From: Eledone cirrhosa
Lineage: Eukaryota
DNA length: 64,000 nt
Reading direction: 5' to 3'
Assembly: GCA_964016885.1 (NCBI GenBank)
Contig: OZ024756.1
Span: 29,822,001 to 29,886,000 of the forward strand
Within the stretch, counting starts at the first letter, position 1, and each line of letters begins with the position of its first letter. Below the pieces are notes generated by a model. That model was not told the origin of the DNA and did no database searches. It saw only the letters and a program-made list of their open reading frames with translations. Made by a program: the position numbers and the translations under genes. Below are positions 29,030 to 44,333 of this stretch, piece after piece.

Positions 29030-29515
29030 CTCACGCTCACTTTACTAATATTACCACCTTCACTGCTCTCTCACTCTCACTCTCACTCAGTCACACCCAC
29101 TCACACTCACTTTACTAATATTAGCACCTTCACTGCTCACTCTCTCACTCTCACTCACACTCACTCACACTCACTCACACTCACTTTACTAATATTAGCA
29201 CCTTCACTAGCACCTTCACTGCTCACTCTCACTCACACTCAGTCACACTCACTCACACTCACTTTACTAATATTAGCACCTTCACTGCTCACTCTCTCAC
29301 TCTCACTCACACTCAGTCACACTCACTCACACTCACTTTACTAATATTAGCACCTTCACTGCTCACTCTCTCACTCTCACTCACACTCAGTCACACTCAC
29401 TCACACTCACTTTACTAATATTAGCACCTTCACTGCTCACTCTCTCACTCTCTCACTCTCACTCACTCTCACACACACACTCACTCACACTCACTCACCT
29501 TCACTCACACTCACT
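29030..29515. repeat. ~70-bp CACT-rich minisatellite
   Basis: ctcactttactaatattagcaccttcact recurs 6 times. Confidence 0.9.
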
Positions 29516-29899
29516 CTAGCCAACATCAACACCTTCCCTGTCCATCTTACCCGTCTCTCTCTCTCTGTCTCACCACTTGCCCCTCATATCCAAACAATTG
29601 TCGTCCATTTTAACATCTGGCATTCTAAACAAGATGGCGGTATACGTGTGGTTGGTTGAAATAACCTTTTTGTTTATCAAGTGGTTCAGAAATCTTGCCT
29701 CTATAATCCTATCAGCTGCTGGCTTGGAGTGGACCTGTGTGTGTACGTGTGTTCGAATGTATGTGTATGTATATGTGTATGTGTGTGTATGTGGTTGTTT
29801 GTATGTGGTTGTGTGTGTGGTTGTGTGTGTGCGTGTGTTTGCTAGTGTGTGTGTACGTGTGTACGTGTGTGTGTGTGTGTATGTGTGCGTTAGTGAGTG

Positions 29900-29936
<37 letters not shown>

Positions 29937-30341
29937 ATGTGTAGTTGTGTGTGTGTGTTAGTGAATGTGCGTATGTGTGCGTGTGACGTACACACACACA
30001 CACACACTCACACTCACACACTCCCTAATGCACATACATTGACACACACACATATACACTCACTAACGCTCACATACTCACACACGTACACACACTCACT
30101 AGCGCATGCACACACAACCACACACACAGAGACACACACACACACATTAACATACGCACACACAGAAACATATAACTGCAAGTATAAGAAATTATGCTTT
30201 TTATACAACACAAGAAAGACTCATACACTGTCCATCTGTATGTATATATATATATATATATATATATGTAGAAGCCATTTATATATTAAATGTGTTATAT
30301 ATATATATATATAACACATTTAATATATAAATGGCTTCTAC

Positions 30342-30483
<142 letters not shown>

Positions 30484-30748
30484 GCCATTTATATATTAAA
30501 TGTGTTATATATATATATATATAACACATTTAATATAGAAATGGCTTCTACACACACACACACACATATATATATATGAGATGCAATTTAGACAATTTCA
30601 GGCTGCGCTTTCTAGCAACCAGCTCACTCGCCATAAGGCACCGATCACATTCTTTCTGACTTGACCACTGCCACGTCACAGTTCTTAGCCATTTTGAATT
30701 CGTTTCTGGCGGGGATCATTTAAGAAAAATGTTCGTCCAAGTGAATTT

Positions 30749-30830
30749 GTTTCCTGATGATTTCGAAGCTCGAGAATTTATTCTTGATCGGATATTTCCA
30801 AAAGCGAATGAAACCCTAAGGGGTAGAAAC
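30749..30830 (+). ncRNA. Type I hammerhead with branched stem II (family K)
   Basis: GTTTC-CTGATGA-TTTCG...CGAAT-GAAA-CCC taag GGG-TA^GAAAC. Confidence 0.7.
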
Positions 30831-31123
30831 GTAATCCTGGTATGTTTATATACATTTTTTCTTCTAACTTTAATTTTATACCTAATTTTGTATGGTTGAC
30901 GATATATTTAATCGATTTCCACGTGCTATTGAAATGCTGGGTAAATATTCTATAGCTGTTGATCGCGAATAGATGGCTGTCGTTTATTTATCTATTATTT
31001 CTTCATAGATGCCTTTTAATCTTATAGCCTGGTTTAATTGTTTTTTTGTGTGGTTGATTATGCTAATTGGGAGAGGAGATGGTGTATATATCTTATCAAA
31101 TGATTCTATGGACATAATTTATA

Positions 31124-31177
<54 letters not shown>

Positions 31178-31412
31178 CATTTAATATAGAAATGCCTTCT
31201 ACATGACTAGAAGGAAATTATGTATAATTTTTATAATTATTATTAGCACTTATTAAAGTTTAAGCAAATAATTTCTGCTTTCACCCAAGATTTGGTCTTT
31301 GTATTTATTATTTCTACTGATGACAACATCAAGCCATTGAAGGGATTTGACTTATTTACTTTACAATTTATAGACTGATTTTAATCAAACTCCTAATATT
31401 ATATATATATAT

Positions 31413-32066
<654 letters not shown>

Positions 32067-32470
32067 TGTGTGTGTGTGTGGGTGTTTGTGGGTGTGTGGG
32101 TGTGTGTATACATTTATATAATAAATCTGATTTGTTGTATATTCCCTACAGCATTCCACATCCAGTTAATTTTAATTAATTAACAGGGTTGTCTTCCCCT
32201 GTGGCATTAATTTTTTTATCATTTAGTAACTGATTACTGTTATCATTAGCGTTGTAATGCTTGGTAATTAAAATTACAAGTCGTGTTACCTTATTCTCCC
32301 TCTCTCTCTCTGTCTATATATATATATATATATATATACATACACAGACACTCATATATATATATATATATATATGTGTATATACATACACACGCTCATA
32401 CATACACTCACACGTAGACACGCATACACTCATACATCTACACACATAATATATATATGTAATATATATA

Positions 32471-32544
32471 CAGGTAGTCCCCCCAAAATGTATACACTCT
32501 TCAACAGCATTCTAATAAATATATGTACACAATTTTTGGGGACA

Positions 32545-32548
<4 letters not shown>
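32471..32548. mobile_element. Tiny Tc1/mariner-like MITE
   Basis: TA|caggtagtcccccaaaatgtataca ... tgtacacaatttttggggacacca|TA, imperfect TIRs. Confidence 0.5.
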
Positions 32549-32581
<33 letters not shown>

Positions 32582-33034
32582 CAAATATATATATATGTAT
32601 GCATATATATATATATATATATATATAATTATAAAATTAAAAGATCGATTGACATATATATAAAAATGAATATATCGAAGATCAACGGGAGATAATTTAT
32701 AAAGAATGTCAGAACATATACTTACTAAAGGTAGCATAAACATTTGTTTATACTCCTTCATACATATTCCTTATTGCTTTACAAATATGTTTCACCATTC
32801 ACAATAGTTCACTAGTCAATTACAAAAATCTCTTTAGAAAACCTTTTCATATATTATAGCACGAAACTGCATGCAGGCAAGGTGGCTGACGAGCTAGAGT
32901 TAGAGCTATCTGTTTATCTCATGTCTGCATTTTCTGTTGATATATATATATATATTGAGCCCTCTGCCACACATTTCGAAGATTGTGATTCGTGATTTCG
33001 TGAGCCGAGATTCCGATTCTCGATTAGTTATTTG

Positions 33035-33084
<50 letters not shown>

Positions 33085-33087
<3 letters not shown>

Positions 33088-33212
33088 AAGGAGTAGGACC
33101 CCGACGACTGAGCTCAAGCCGTTTCGACGTTCCTATTACCCACTCTACTACCCTAAGTATTGAGTACTTTGGTGTGTTATGGTCCACCTGGTTCCTTACC
33201 ACATTTCCTTTG

Positions 33213-33275
<63 letters not shown>

Positions 33276-33288
33276 TACATATATACAT

Positions 33289-33322
<34 letters not shown>

Positions 33323-33522
33323 GAGAAAGTATGACCCCGACGGCAGAGCTCAAACCGTTTCGACGGCTATTTCTGGACTTTTTAGTCCAGAAATAGCCGT
33401 CGAAACGGCTTGAGCTCTGCCGCCGGGGTCATATTTTCTCCTATTACCCACTCTACTACCCTAAGTATTGAGTACTCTGGTGCGTTATGATCAATCTGGT
33501 TCCTTACCACAACTCCTCCGTT
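33085..33522 (+). mobile_element. Two family G elements separated by (TA)n, the second with a long fold-back
   Basis: Palindrome 33321-33443 centred on ggactttttagtcc. Confidence 0.85.
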
Positions 33523-33635
33523 ATATGTATGTATATATATATATATATATGTATGTATACACACACACACAAACACACATATATATGTGGATATATATTC
33601 ATTCATATATATATATTTATTCATACATATATATA

Positions 33636-33713
<78 letters not shown>

Positions 33714-33926
33714 GTGTGTGTGTGTGTATGTATGTATATTAGAAGCCAGATCATAATGAATGTACAAACAACATAGAGCTCTTAACAAAAATAAGGAACG
33801 TTCGACATCACAGTCAGTGCTTGCAAGAAGCTATTAACACGTGAATGAAGCTACAGATGCGCGTGTTCAATGAATGGAAGTGTTTATTATATTGTTATCT
33901 CATACAACACTCATATCTCTCTCTCT

Positions 33927-34000
<74 letters not shown>

Positions 34001-34039
34001 CTCTCTCTCTCTCTCTCTCTACCCCTCTCTCTTTCTCGC

Positions 34040-34082
<43 letters not shown>

Positions 34083-34336
34083 CAGTGAGTGTGCAGGTAT
34101 GTATCTCTCTCATTCTCTATATGTATATATCTATTTTTTCTTATCCTTCTCAAGATTCCAAGCTTGCTAATAACTTGCCCCCCAGACACTACAAACTACC
34201 ACCGCCTCCACCCCCCCATCATCGCCCCCGCCACCACCAAAAACAATTAGAACAACCCTGCCTAACATCTTTAATGAAAAATATGAAGAGTTTTTAGATA
34301 TATATTATATATGTATGGTACTTATACACATACACA

Positions 34337-34419
<83 letters not shown>

Positions 34420-34502
34420 GAATATATATACACAAATATATATGAATATATATACACAAATATATATATATATATGTATATACATATATATATCTGCTTA
34501 TA

Positions 34503-34539
<37 letters not shown>

Positions 34540-34627
34540 GCATAATATACACACACAGCCACCTCCACCCATATATATATGTAGAGAGAGAGAGAGAGAG
34601 AGAGAAAGTATGTAAAAGAGAAACATG

Positions 34628-34732
<105 letters not shown>

Positions 34733-34806
34733 CATATATATACATATATATATAAGAAGATTGAGCGAAAGCGAGAAGGAGTGAGAGATAGATAGAGAGA
34801 GAGAGG

Positions 34807-34839
<33 letters not shown>

Positions 34840-34844
34840 GGAGT

Positions 34845-34920
<76 letters not shown>

Positions 34921-34974
34921 GTATGATAGTAGACTAGACAGAGAGACAGATAGATATATAGATAGATAGACAGA

Positions 34975-35021
<47 letters not shown>

Positions 35022-35246
35022 GGGGAGAGATAGATACATAGATAGATAGATAGAGAGAGAGAGAAAGTATAGTAACACGTGAATACTATAAGAACATTTC
35101 CCCGCAAGGTAGGGAAATATTCAAAATTACTTTTTATTATTTTTTTTTTATCTCAATGTTTATCTTTGTTTTTATTTTTATTTTAAGTTTGATTTTTTTA
35201 AAACTTATTTTTTAAACAGAGAAAATATATAAAAACTCATCAATTT

Positions 35247-35286
<40 letters not shown>

Positions 35287-35302
35287 TATATATATATTAA
35301 TG

Positions 35303-35340
<38 letters not shown>

Positions 35341-35403
35341 TAAATCTATAAATATATATATATATATATATATAAATATATATATACATATATAAATGTA
35401 TAA

Positions 35404-35434
<31 letters not shown>

Positions 35435-35733
35435 TATATGTATAATATACATATATATATGTATAATATACATATATATATGTATAATATACATATATAT
35501 ATAATATACATATATATATAATATACATATATATATATATATATACATATATATATGTATAAAAAAAAATATATATATATATAAACATATATCTGTGTGT
35601 ATGTGTGTGTGTGTATGTGTATGTGCGCGTGTTTGTGTGTATATGTACACACATTTTTATACACACTAATCTAAGTGTATATCGAAATGAATGCAATCTA
35701 CGTGAATCTTTTCATTATATAAATTATACATAT

Positions 35734-35765
<32 letters not shown>

Positions 35766-35766
35766 C

Positions 35767-35883
<117 letters not shown>

Positions 35884-36518
35884 CATATATATGAGTTCGT
35901 GTGTATTTATTACAGTTTTAATATGGCTTTATATACCATTATCTACATTCTAATGACAATAAACATACATGTACTTTTCTAAATTTAAGCATTCATATGA
36001 CAGTCATTGTAATAACGTACAGACACAAACATATATATATAAATATACACACACCCTCACAATCTCTCTCTCTTACACATACACACACAAACATATACGT
36101 ATATAAATATACACACTGAAATATACATATATATATACATATACATATATATATATAAGATTCCGGGTTGAATCGGAGGTAACCACAGTAGGTAAGATAT
36201 TCAATACATAGCAGAGTATACAAGTTTTAATATAGAAGAGATTCTACAGGACTAGTCTTGTAGAAGCTCTTCTATACTTCTATATTAAAACTATATATAT
36301 ATATATATATATATATAAATTAATAGAAATAATGAATAAAAACAAAGAAACAGTTCCTTATATTAAAAAATTCATCATTTTACGATCGTTTCTAGGATAT
36401 ATATATGTGTGTGTTGGTATGTATATCATATAGATCTATGTAAAATTTTTACAAACTATCAGAGGGAATATACATACCTACACATATATATGCTGTCTTC
36501 CATTATTTTGTCCAACCC

Positions 36519-36549
<31 letters not shown>

Positions 36550-36552
<3 letters not shown>

Positions 36553-37123
36553 GGGTTGGAGAAAATAATGGAAACACCTAGCATCATAGCATCATAATTT
36601 TGAAATATCTATAAAACCGTCAAAAGCTTGTTTATTTTTATGTTTTTTTGATTTATTATTAGTGTTGCTTAATATGATTTGTTAAAATTGCTGTTTCTTT
36701 TCAGATATCATCAGAAAAAGGTAATTAAAATTCATTAAAATGACAGATCTATCGGACTTTCAAAGAGGTCAAATTGTTGGTGCTCGTATGGCAGGCGCTA
36801 GCGTAACGAAAACAGCCGAAATGTTTGGTGTATCAAGAAGTACTGTCTCGAAAGTAATGACAGCCTTTGAGAAAGAGGGAAAAAACCTCCTCGTCGAAAC
36901 AAAACTCCGGAAGAAAACCAAAACTTTCAGATAGGGACCGTCGGACTCTTACGCGAATTGTTAGAAAGGATCACAAAAGTACAGCTCCCAAAATTACTGC
37001 AGAGCTTAATGACCACCTCGAGAACAATAAAAATAAACAACCTTTTGACGGTTTTATAGATGTTTCAAAATAAAATTATGATGCTATGATGCTAGGTGTT
37101 TCCATTATTTTGTCCAACCCCTG
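36550..37123 (+). mobile_element. Internally deleted Tc1 transposon, ~100-bp TIRs, TA target
   Basis: caggggttgga(g/c)aaaataatggaaacacctagcatcatagcatcataat at both ends, inverted. Confidence 0.92.
36740..37025 (+). pseudogene. Tc1 transposase N-terminal DNA-binding region, frameshifted and truncated
   Basis: MTDLSDFQRGQIVGARMAGASVTKTAEMFGVSRSTVSKV...SGRKPKLSDRDRRTLTRIVRKDHKSTAPKITAELN; frameshift in the A-run near 36880; no DDE domain. Confidence 0.88.
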
Positions 37124-38322
37124 TATATATATATATATATATATATACATATATATGTATAACATGTAATAAAATGAGTCCCTCATCAGTGATTTGCCGA
37201 AGATCATAGATATTTCATTGCATTAAAAATCATATACCTCACGTCGGTGCAATAATAACCAAAATAAGTTATTAGGACAATTAAAACGCGTAAAGCGAGT
37301 GAGACAGGAGAACAACAGAGTATGGCTAACCAGGGGAAAGAAACAAGCTTCAAAAATTATTCTGTTTAGCATAAGCTAGGTGAATATATGAGCGCTTTTA
37401 GAACAGACCCGACACGAGCGAAGGCTATGAGCGGAGAGAGAAAAAAATAGCCTTCGTGGTGTACAGGATGAAATGAAGAGAAGAGAGAGAAACAGTGAGT
37501 GAGTGAAAGTGTGAGGAAGAGTTAACTGACATGACAGAGGGGGAGAAACAGAGAGAATGGGGGAACAGTAAGAGAGAAATACACATACATACATATATAT
37601 ATACATATATATATATATACATATATACACACACACACACACATATATATAAATATATATATATTCAGTACATGATTATATGTTTTTGAAGCAATGTTTC
37701 TTTCATCAGAAATAAAAATAAAATGGGTGTTTATTCGCGACTACTAAACTTTTGCAAATCTATTTGTGAAATATTTCTACATTTTCGTAGTCATATCTTC
37801 TGGATGAAGTGATTTTGGACACGTGTTGTACCTCCTGTCTATATAGTTAGCAGGGGGATTGTAATTATTGGTAACACTAATGTAAGAAACTGAATTTTTC
37901 GGTCGTAGGATTTTCTTTCGACCTATTTGTGATCGAAATTAATGCGAAACTTCATTGACATAGGAATCCATTGCTACACCAATTTGAATATAGGCATCTG
38001 ATTGACTGAATACACACGTGTGTTTTTTTCTACCCCCCCCCCCCCCCTAATTTTCTCCCGTTCCTCCCGTTATCATTCTATTTATCTTCTATGTCTAACT
38101 ATCATTTGATTAATATCGGAAACGTTAAAACACTCTTCCTGTTATTTCAAGCGTTATACTAATATATTTCTTCCCTGTAGTGTGCCATTTGTTTTGTTAT
38201 TTCTGTTTACTTTTTACACATACACACATATACAAATGTATATATATATACATACATATAAAGAATGTGTGTGTATATGTATACATTTATGTATGTATGT
38301 ATGTATGTATACATGTATGTAT

Positions 38323-38950
38323 GTTCCGCCCTTTGTCAGGTTTTGTTTTTTGTCCTGCAGGGTGTCTAAGTAAACTTGGTGGGGTTGCCGGTTTAGTCGC
38401 CGACGATCCGACCATGCGACAGGTTGTACTGGGTTACATGTTACCAGTAGCACCCAAGAGTGATCCGATATAAGGGCGGAAGAACTCATAGGAGTCAACG
38501 GCGATCCAAAAGTGTGTAAATATGTATGTACACATGTACATATGTATGTATATGTATATGTGTATATGCATGGGTGCATGGGTGCATGCGCGGGGACATA
38601 GAAATAGTCGGGCGGGACACCCAATCGCACGGTTAAACCACTGGGAGTGAAGGACCCCTAACCCTTGTCAGGGCATTCTTCTAGGGGAAGGCAACTCAGG
38701 AAACTGGGATCACTCCGACATAAAACCCGCGGCTCAGTAGTTACCGATGATGTTGATCTTTTATTCTTTTCGGGTTTTAGCTACTGTCGCTCAAAGAGTG
38801 GGATTGGCTCAGTGCACAGTCTTTCCTCACTTTAAAAAATATCTTCACGCACAGGCATTGCACGATAGAATAAATGAATAATTATTAATAATGGTATATC
38901 GTGCAATGGCCATACTCGATAACGAGCGGACAGCCAGCCATCATGTATGT
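38323..38950 (+). mobile_element. Bipartite RTE-derived non-autonomous element with inverted 5' part, in (TATG)n
   Basis: 38323-38467 is the reverse complement of the 5' part of 54315-54470; the rest is collinear and ends in catgtatgtat. Confidence 0.75.
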
Positions 38951-38998
38951 ATAATTGAAACATTCTGCATAGTTCAGACTTGCTGTGACCTGGAGATA

Positions 38999-39065
<67 letters not shown>

Positions 39066-39197
39066 TCAGTTTCTTACATATTTCTATAAGTGAGACTGGA
39101 GAGACGTTAACAGACACAAAAACACACAGACAACTCCTTCTCGCACATACATACAAACGCCTCATACATACACACACACATATATATGTATATATGA

Positions 39198-39293
<96 letters not shown>

Positions 39294-39694
39294 GTACACA
39301 CAAACACACACATATATATACATACGCAAACACGTTACTGTAATTGGTAGTAAAATAGTTCCATTGTTTCTTACGGGCTTCTCTTCTTCTGTCGTCCGGG
39401 AAATCTAATCTGTTTCTATGGCAATGGGCTCTACGTTCAGATACTGACCACAACTAAAGAACCCTGTTGTACACCAGGGGCTACACACAACAATTAGACC
39501 TCTGTAACTCCCAAACCTTAGTCTGACTGAGTCCCTTCTTTGTCAGGGAGTGTGGGAGTGAACCGGAAGCGGAAATTTACTGGTTTGTTTCCTAAAGTGT
39601 TCGTTTTTTTTGTTCGTATTTTTTTCCCCTTTTTTTTGTTTGTTATTTTTTTAAAATCCTTTTTCCCTTTTCTGTACCACTCGTCTGATTGTCA

Positions 39695-39728
<34 letters not shown>

Positions 39729-39890
39729 ATGTATGTGTATATGTGAACAGAAATTTATCTCTCTCTCTCCCTTTATCTCTCTCTCTCCCACTCTCCCTGC
39801 CGCCCCCCTCTCTCTGAACATATATATATATATATATATATATATCTTTGAAGGAATTTCACCAGTCCAGCCTCCTGTCATTTTATTAAG

Positions 39891-39925
<35 letters not shown>

Positions 39926-40008
39926 AGACAAACCACAAACCCCCATCTCAATCTTACTTTTGAAAAGCATAAGAACTGTGAAACCGGTAAAATAAATAAA
40001 TAAATATT

Positions 40009-40073
<65 letters not shown>

Positions 40074-40323
40074 GACAACGTGTTCTTCCGTAAAGAGATA
40101 GCCTGCTTTGAAGCAATACCTTTGACGTCACTTTACAACTTCCGGTGAACTCAGCAGATAAAAGCTGACCCTTTACAGATTTGCAGTCTTTCACCGTCAA
40201 TGATTCGGTATGAACTGAACTTTCAGACAGGCATACCACACACCTAGACATATATATATATATATATATATAAATGTATATATACAAGCACACACACACA
40301 CACACACACAGATACACACGCAC

Positions 40324-40375
<52 letters not shown>

Positions 40376-40390
40376 ATATATATATATATA

Positions 40391-40550
40391 GATTTTGAGT
40401 TTATGTTGGTTGTATACCAACACCTCAGTATGCAGGCTGGAGCACTCGACGAAGTGCGCAGGTTGGTTTGGTTACTCCGGAGTAGTGTAAAATAAAGTTA
40501 AATAAAAGTCAAATGATTAAAATTTTAATCATTTGACTTTTATTTAACTT

Positions 40551-40557
<7 letters not shown>
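40391..40557 (-). mobile_element. Family A 3' fragment with short fold-back
   Basis: Near-identical to 3551-3682; palindrome centred near 40522. Confidence 0.85.
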
Positions 40558-40581
<24 letters not shown>

Positions 40582-40583
40582 CA

Positions 40584-40688
<105 letters not shown>

Positions 40689-40841
40689 TTAGTACAGCAT
40701 CAACATACACACCTGCATACATACACATACAAACAAACACCTATATATATGTATACACACACACACACGCACACACACACACACATATATATATATAAAA
40801 TAAATAAATATATATATATTACAAATATATAAATGTATACG

Positions 40842-40877
<36 letters not shown>

Positions 40878-40929
40878 TATATATACATATAACACACACA
40901 CACACACATATATATATATACATATATAA

Positions 40930-41260
40930 ATTTCCATGGCAAATTCTCCAGTGAATTCGACCGACAGAGCAATCTGTTGATGAAATTAACTTGCAGGAGG
41001 CCGGTCGAGCATTCTTCCATAAGCACGTGTATCCTTAACGTAGATCTCAGTGAGGTTCAGTGTAACACAGTATGTGTTAAGGCTCTCCATTTAAATAACA
41101 AACACAACTCCCTTTTAGCCAGATGAGTGGACTGGAGCAACGTGAAATATAGTGTCTTGTTCTTGTTCACAGACACAAGTACAACGTATTGCTTGGAATC
41201 GAGCTCACGTCCGCAAGATTATCTGCTGAACATCCTAACCCCTAAGCCACGGGGCTTCAG
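40930..41260 (-). mobile_element. SINE family 2, diverged
   Basis: Similar to 23890-24160; minus-strand head gtggcttaggggttagg. Confidence 0.65.
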
Positions 41261-41346
41261 AAATATATACATCTTCGACCTCACGATCACCAGCTCAAGG
41301 GCCTTGTTTCAGGGGTGTACCAGGGGACAAGTACCCCCCCCCCCCC

Positions 41347-42066
41347 ACGTCCTAACCCCTAAGCCACGCGCCTTCAGAAATATATACACCCTATACCTGA
41401 CGATCATCTGCTGAACGTCCTAACCCCTAAGCCACGCACCTTCAGAAATATATACACCCTATACCTCACGACCATCTGCTGAACGTCCTAACCCCTAAGC
41501 CACGCGCCTTCAGAAATATATACACCCTATACCTCACGACCATCTGCTGAACGTCCTAACCCCTAAGCCACGCGCCTTCAGAAATATATACACCCTATAC
41601 CTCACGACCATCTGCTGAACGTCCTAACCCCTAAGCCACGCGCCTTCAGAAATATATACACCCTAGACCTCACGATCATCTGCTGAATGTCCTAACCCCT
41701 AAGCCACGCGCCTTCAGAAATATATACACCCTATACCTGACGATCATCTGCTGAACGTCCTAACCCCTAAGCCACGCGCCTTCAGAAATATATACACCTT
41801 AGACCTCACGATCATCTGCTGAACGTCCTAACCCCTAAGCCACGCGCCTTCAGAAATATATACACCCTATACCTCACGACCATCTGCTGAACGTCCTAAC
41901 CCCTAAGCCACGCGCCTTCAGAAATATATACACCCTAGACCTCACGATCATCTGCTGAACGTCCTAACCCCTAAGCCACGCGCCTTCAGAAATATATACA
42001 CCCTATACCTCACGACCATCTGCTGAACGTCCTAACCCCTAAGCCACGCGCCTTCAGAAATATATA
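41347..42066 (-). repeat. Tandem array of ~10.5 x 68 bp derived from SINE family 2 5' tip + flank
   Basis: ctgaa(c/t)gtcctaacccctaagccacgc at 41411+68n. Confidence 0.95.
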
Positions 42067-42559
42067 GACTCGCGACCACCTCACAGATAAACTATCAGTT
42101 TGTTTTTCCCACGCCTATAGTGACAATTGAAGAGATTCAGTAAGTAGAACTTTTCTGGCCAGAGTGAGGTATACCCTCATTATGGGGCCGAGACTAGGGA
42201 TATTAGGGCGACATTATCCCTATTGACCTTTGTTAGCCTACTTCTCAATCCCTCCACCAACACAGCTGCCCCTACCACTACCACTACCACTACTATCATC
42301 AGCATCACCACCATCACCACCACCACCATCGATACCACGAGCACCACCGCTACAACCACTACCAGCACCCCCATCACTAGCACCAGCAGCACTACCAGCA
42401 CCACTAGTGTGTGTGTGGAAGAGTGTGTGTGAGAGAGAGAGAGAGGGAGTGAGAGTGTGTGTGTGTGTGTGTGTGTGTGAGGGACAATGGCTGAGAGATA
42501 TAGATGGCGAGAGAGCGAGGGAGAGAGAGAGAGAGAGAGAGTGTGTATGAGGGAGAGAG

Positions 42560-42591
<32 letters not shown>

Positions 42592-42756
42592 CGACTGAGA
42601 AAGAGAGAGACACATAAAGGAAGAGAGAGATAGAGAGAGATAGAGAGACAAAGAAAGAGAGAGATAGAGATAGAGAGAGACAAAGAAAGAGAGAGAGAGA
42701 GACAAAAAAGAAAGAGAGATACAAAGAAAGAGAGAGAGAGAGACAGAGAGAAGGAA

Positions 42757-43165
42757 ATAATTGTTTCTACTTTTGGCACAAGGACAGCAATTATCCCAGT
42801 ACATTACTGGTACTTTATTTTATCGACCCCCGTAAGGATGAAAAGCAAAGTTAACCTCGGCGGGATTTGAACTCAAACCGCAAAGGGACGTAACTATGCT
42901 GGAAAGCATGGCGTCTGACTCTCTACCGATACTGCCAAACCACCGCCCATATTATGTAGGATAATAATTGTTTCTAATTTTGGCACAAGGCCAGCAATCC
43001 CACTGTATTACTGGTACTTTATTTTTATCGACCTCGTAAAGATGAAAGACAAAGTTAACCTCAGCGGGATTTGAACTCAAATCGTAAAGGGACGTAACTC
43101 TCGTAACTCTATACTGGAAATCATGGTGCCTGACACTCTGCCAATTATCTGACCGATACTGCCAA
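42757..43165 (-). mobile_element. SINE family 1 dimer
   Basis: Two copies joined by catattatgtaggataataatt. Confidence 0.9.
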
Positions 43166-43409
43166 AAAAAACCCTTTGGCCTCCAGGACCCATGGTAGAT
43201 TTTTGAGACTTATTTCAGGAAAAAAGTAGCGTCTTCGACGCCGGGAAGTAAGGTATTTATAATAGTGAAGTATTGGTCAATATGGCTACTGGTCAGATCA
43301 GAGACCGTAAAACTATGGTTCGTTAGGTTTGTGTGCTGTTAGAAAATAGTTCAGTAAATATAGATTGTTTTACTAATTAACACTAATAGATCAAAGAATG
43401 TTAGCATCA

Positions 43410-43441
43410 CTCTGTTTCTCTTTCTCTTCCTCTTTATCTCC

Positions 43442-43482
<41 letters not shown>

Positions 43483-43522
43483 AATCTCTCTCGCGCTCTC
43501 TCTACCAATCTCTCTCTCTCTC

Positions 43523-43566
<44 letters not shown>

Positions 43567-44281
43567 TCTCTCTCTCTCTCCCTCTCACTCTCTCTCTCTC
43601 TCTCTCTCCCATCTCTCACTTCCATGTCTCTCACCTTTTACATTTACCCCCTCTCTCTCCTTCCATCTCACCTTCTCTCACTCCCCCCATCTCCCCCTTC
43701 CACATCTCCCTCTCTTCTTCCATATCACCCTCTTTCCCCTCTCCCCCTACTATCTTACCTTCTCCCTCTCTCTCTCTCTCCTTCCACCTCACCTCTCCCT
43801 CTCTCATTTCACATCTACCTCTCTCCTTCCATCTCTACCTCCCTCCTTCCACATCACCCTCTCTCCTTCCACATCTTCCTCTCTTCTCCCTCCTCTCCAT
43901 CTCTCCCTCCACACACCCTCCCTCCTTCCACATCTCTCCCTGTCTTTTTCTCTCTCTTCGTTTGTGCTACTCTTCATCTCTCTCTGTGTCTCTCTTCCCA
44001 TCTCTCCTCTGACTCTCTCCCCCTCTCTCAATCTCTCTCCTCCTACTCTCTCTTCCTACTTTATCTCCCCCTTCTCTCTTTTTTTCTGTCTCCTCCATCT
44101 TTCTGTCTTTCTCCCTCCCTCCCTCACTCTCTCTCTCCTTTCTCTCTCTTTTCACACTCCATCTTTCTGACTCTCTCTCCTCTCTTCCCTCCTCTCTCCT
44201 CCACCTTTCTGACTCTCTCTCCTCCCTCTCCCCTTCTCCACCTTTCTGACTCTCTCTCCTCCCTCTCCCCTTCTCCATCTT

Positions 44282-44333
<52 letters not shown>

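Noticed and set aside
32850-32905. GAAA-CTGCATGCAG palindrome followed by CTGACGA
   Set aside because: No UH triplet or stem I; cannot be closed into a hammerhead
37165-37200. Minus-strand CTGATGA motifs at ~37183, ~37703 and ~55652
   Set aside because: No matching GAAA or stem III; at best truncated remnants
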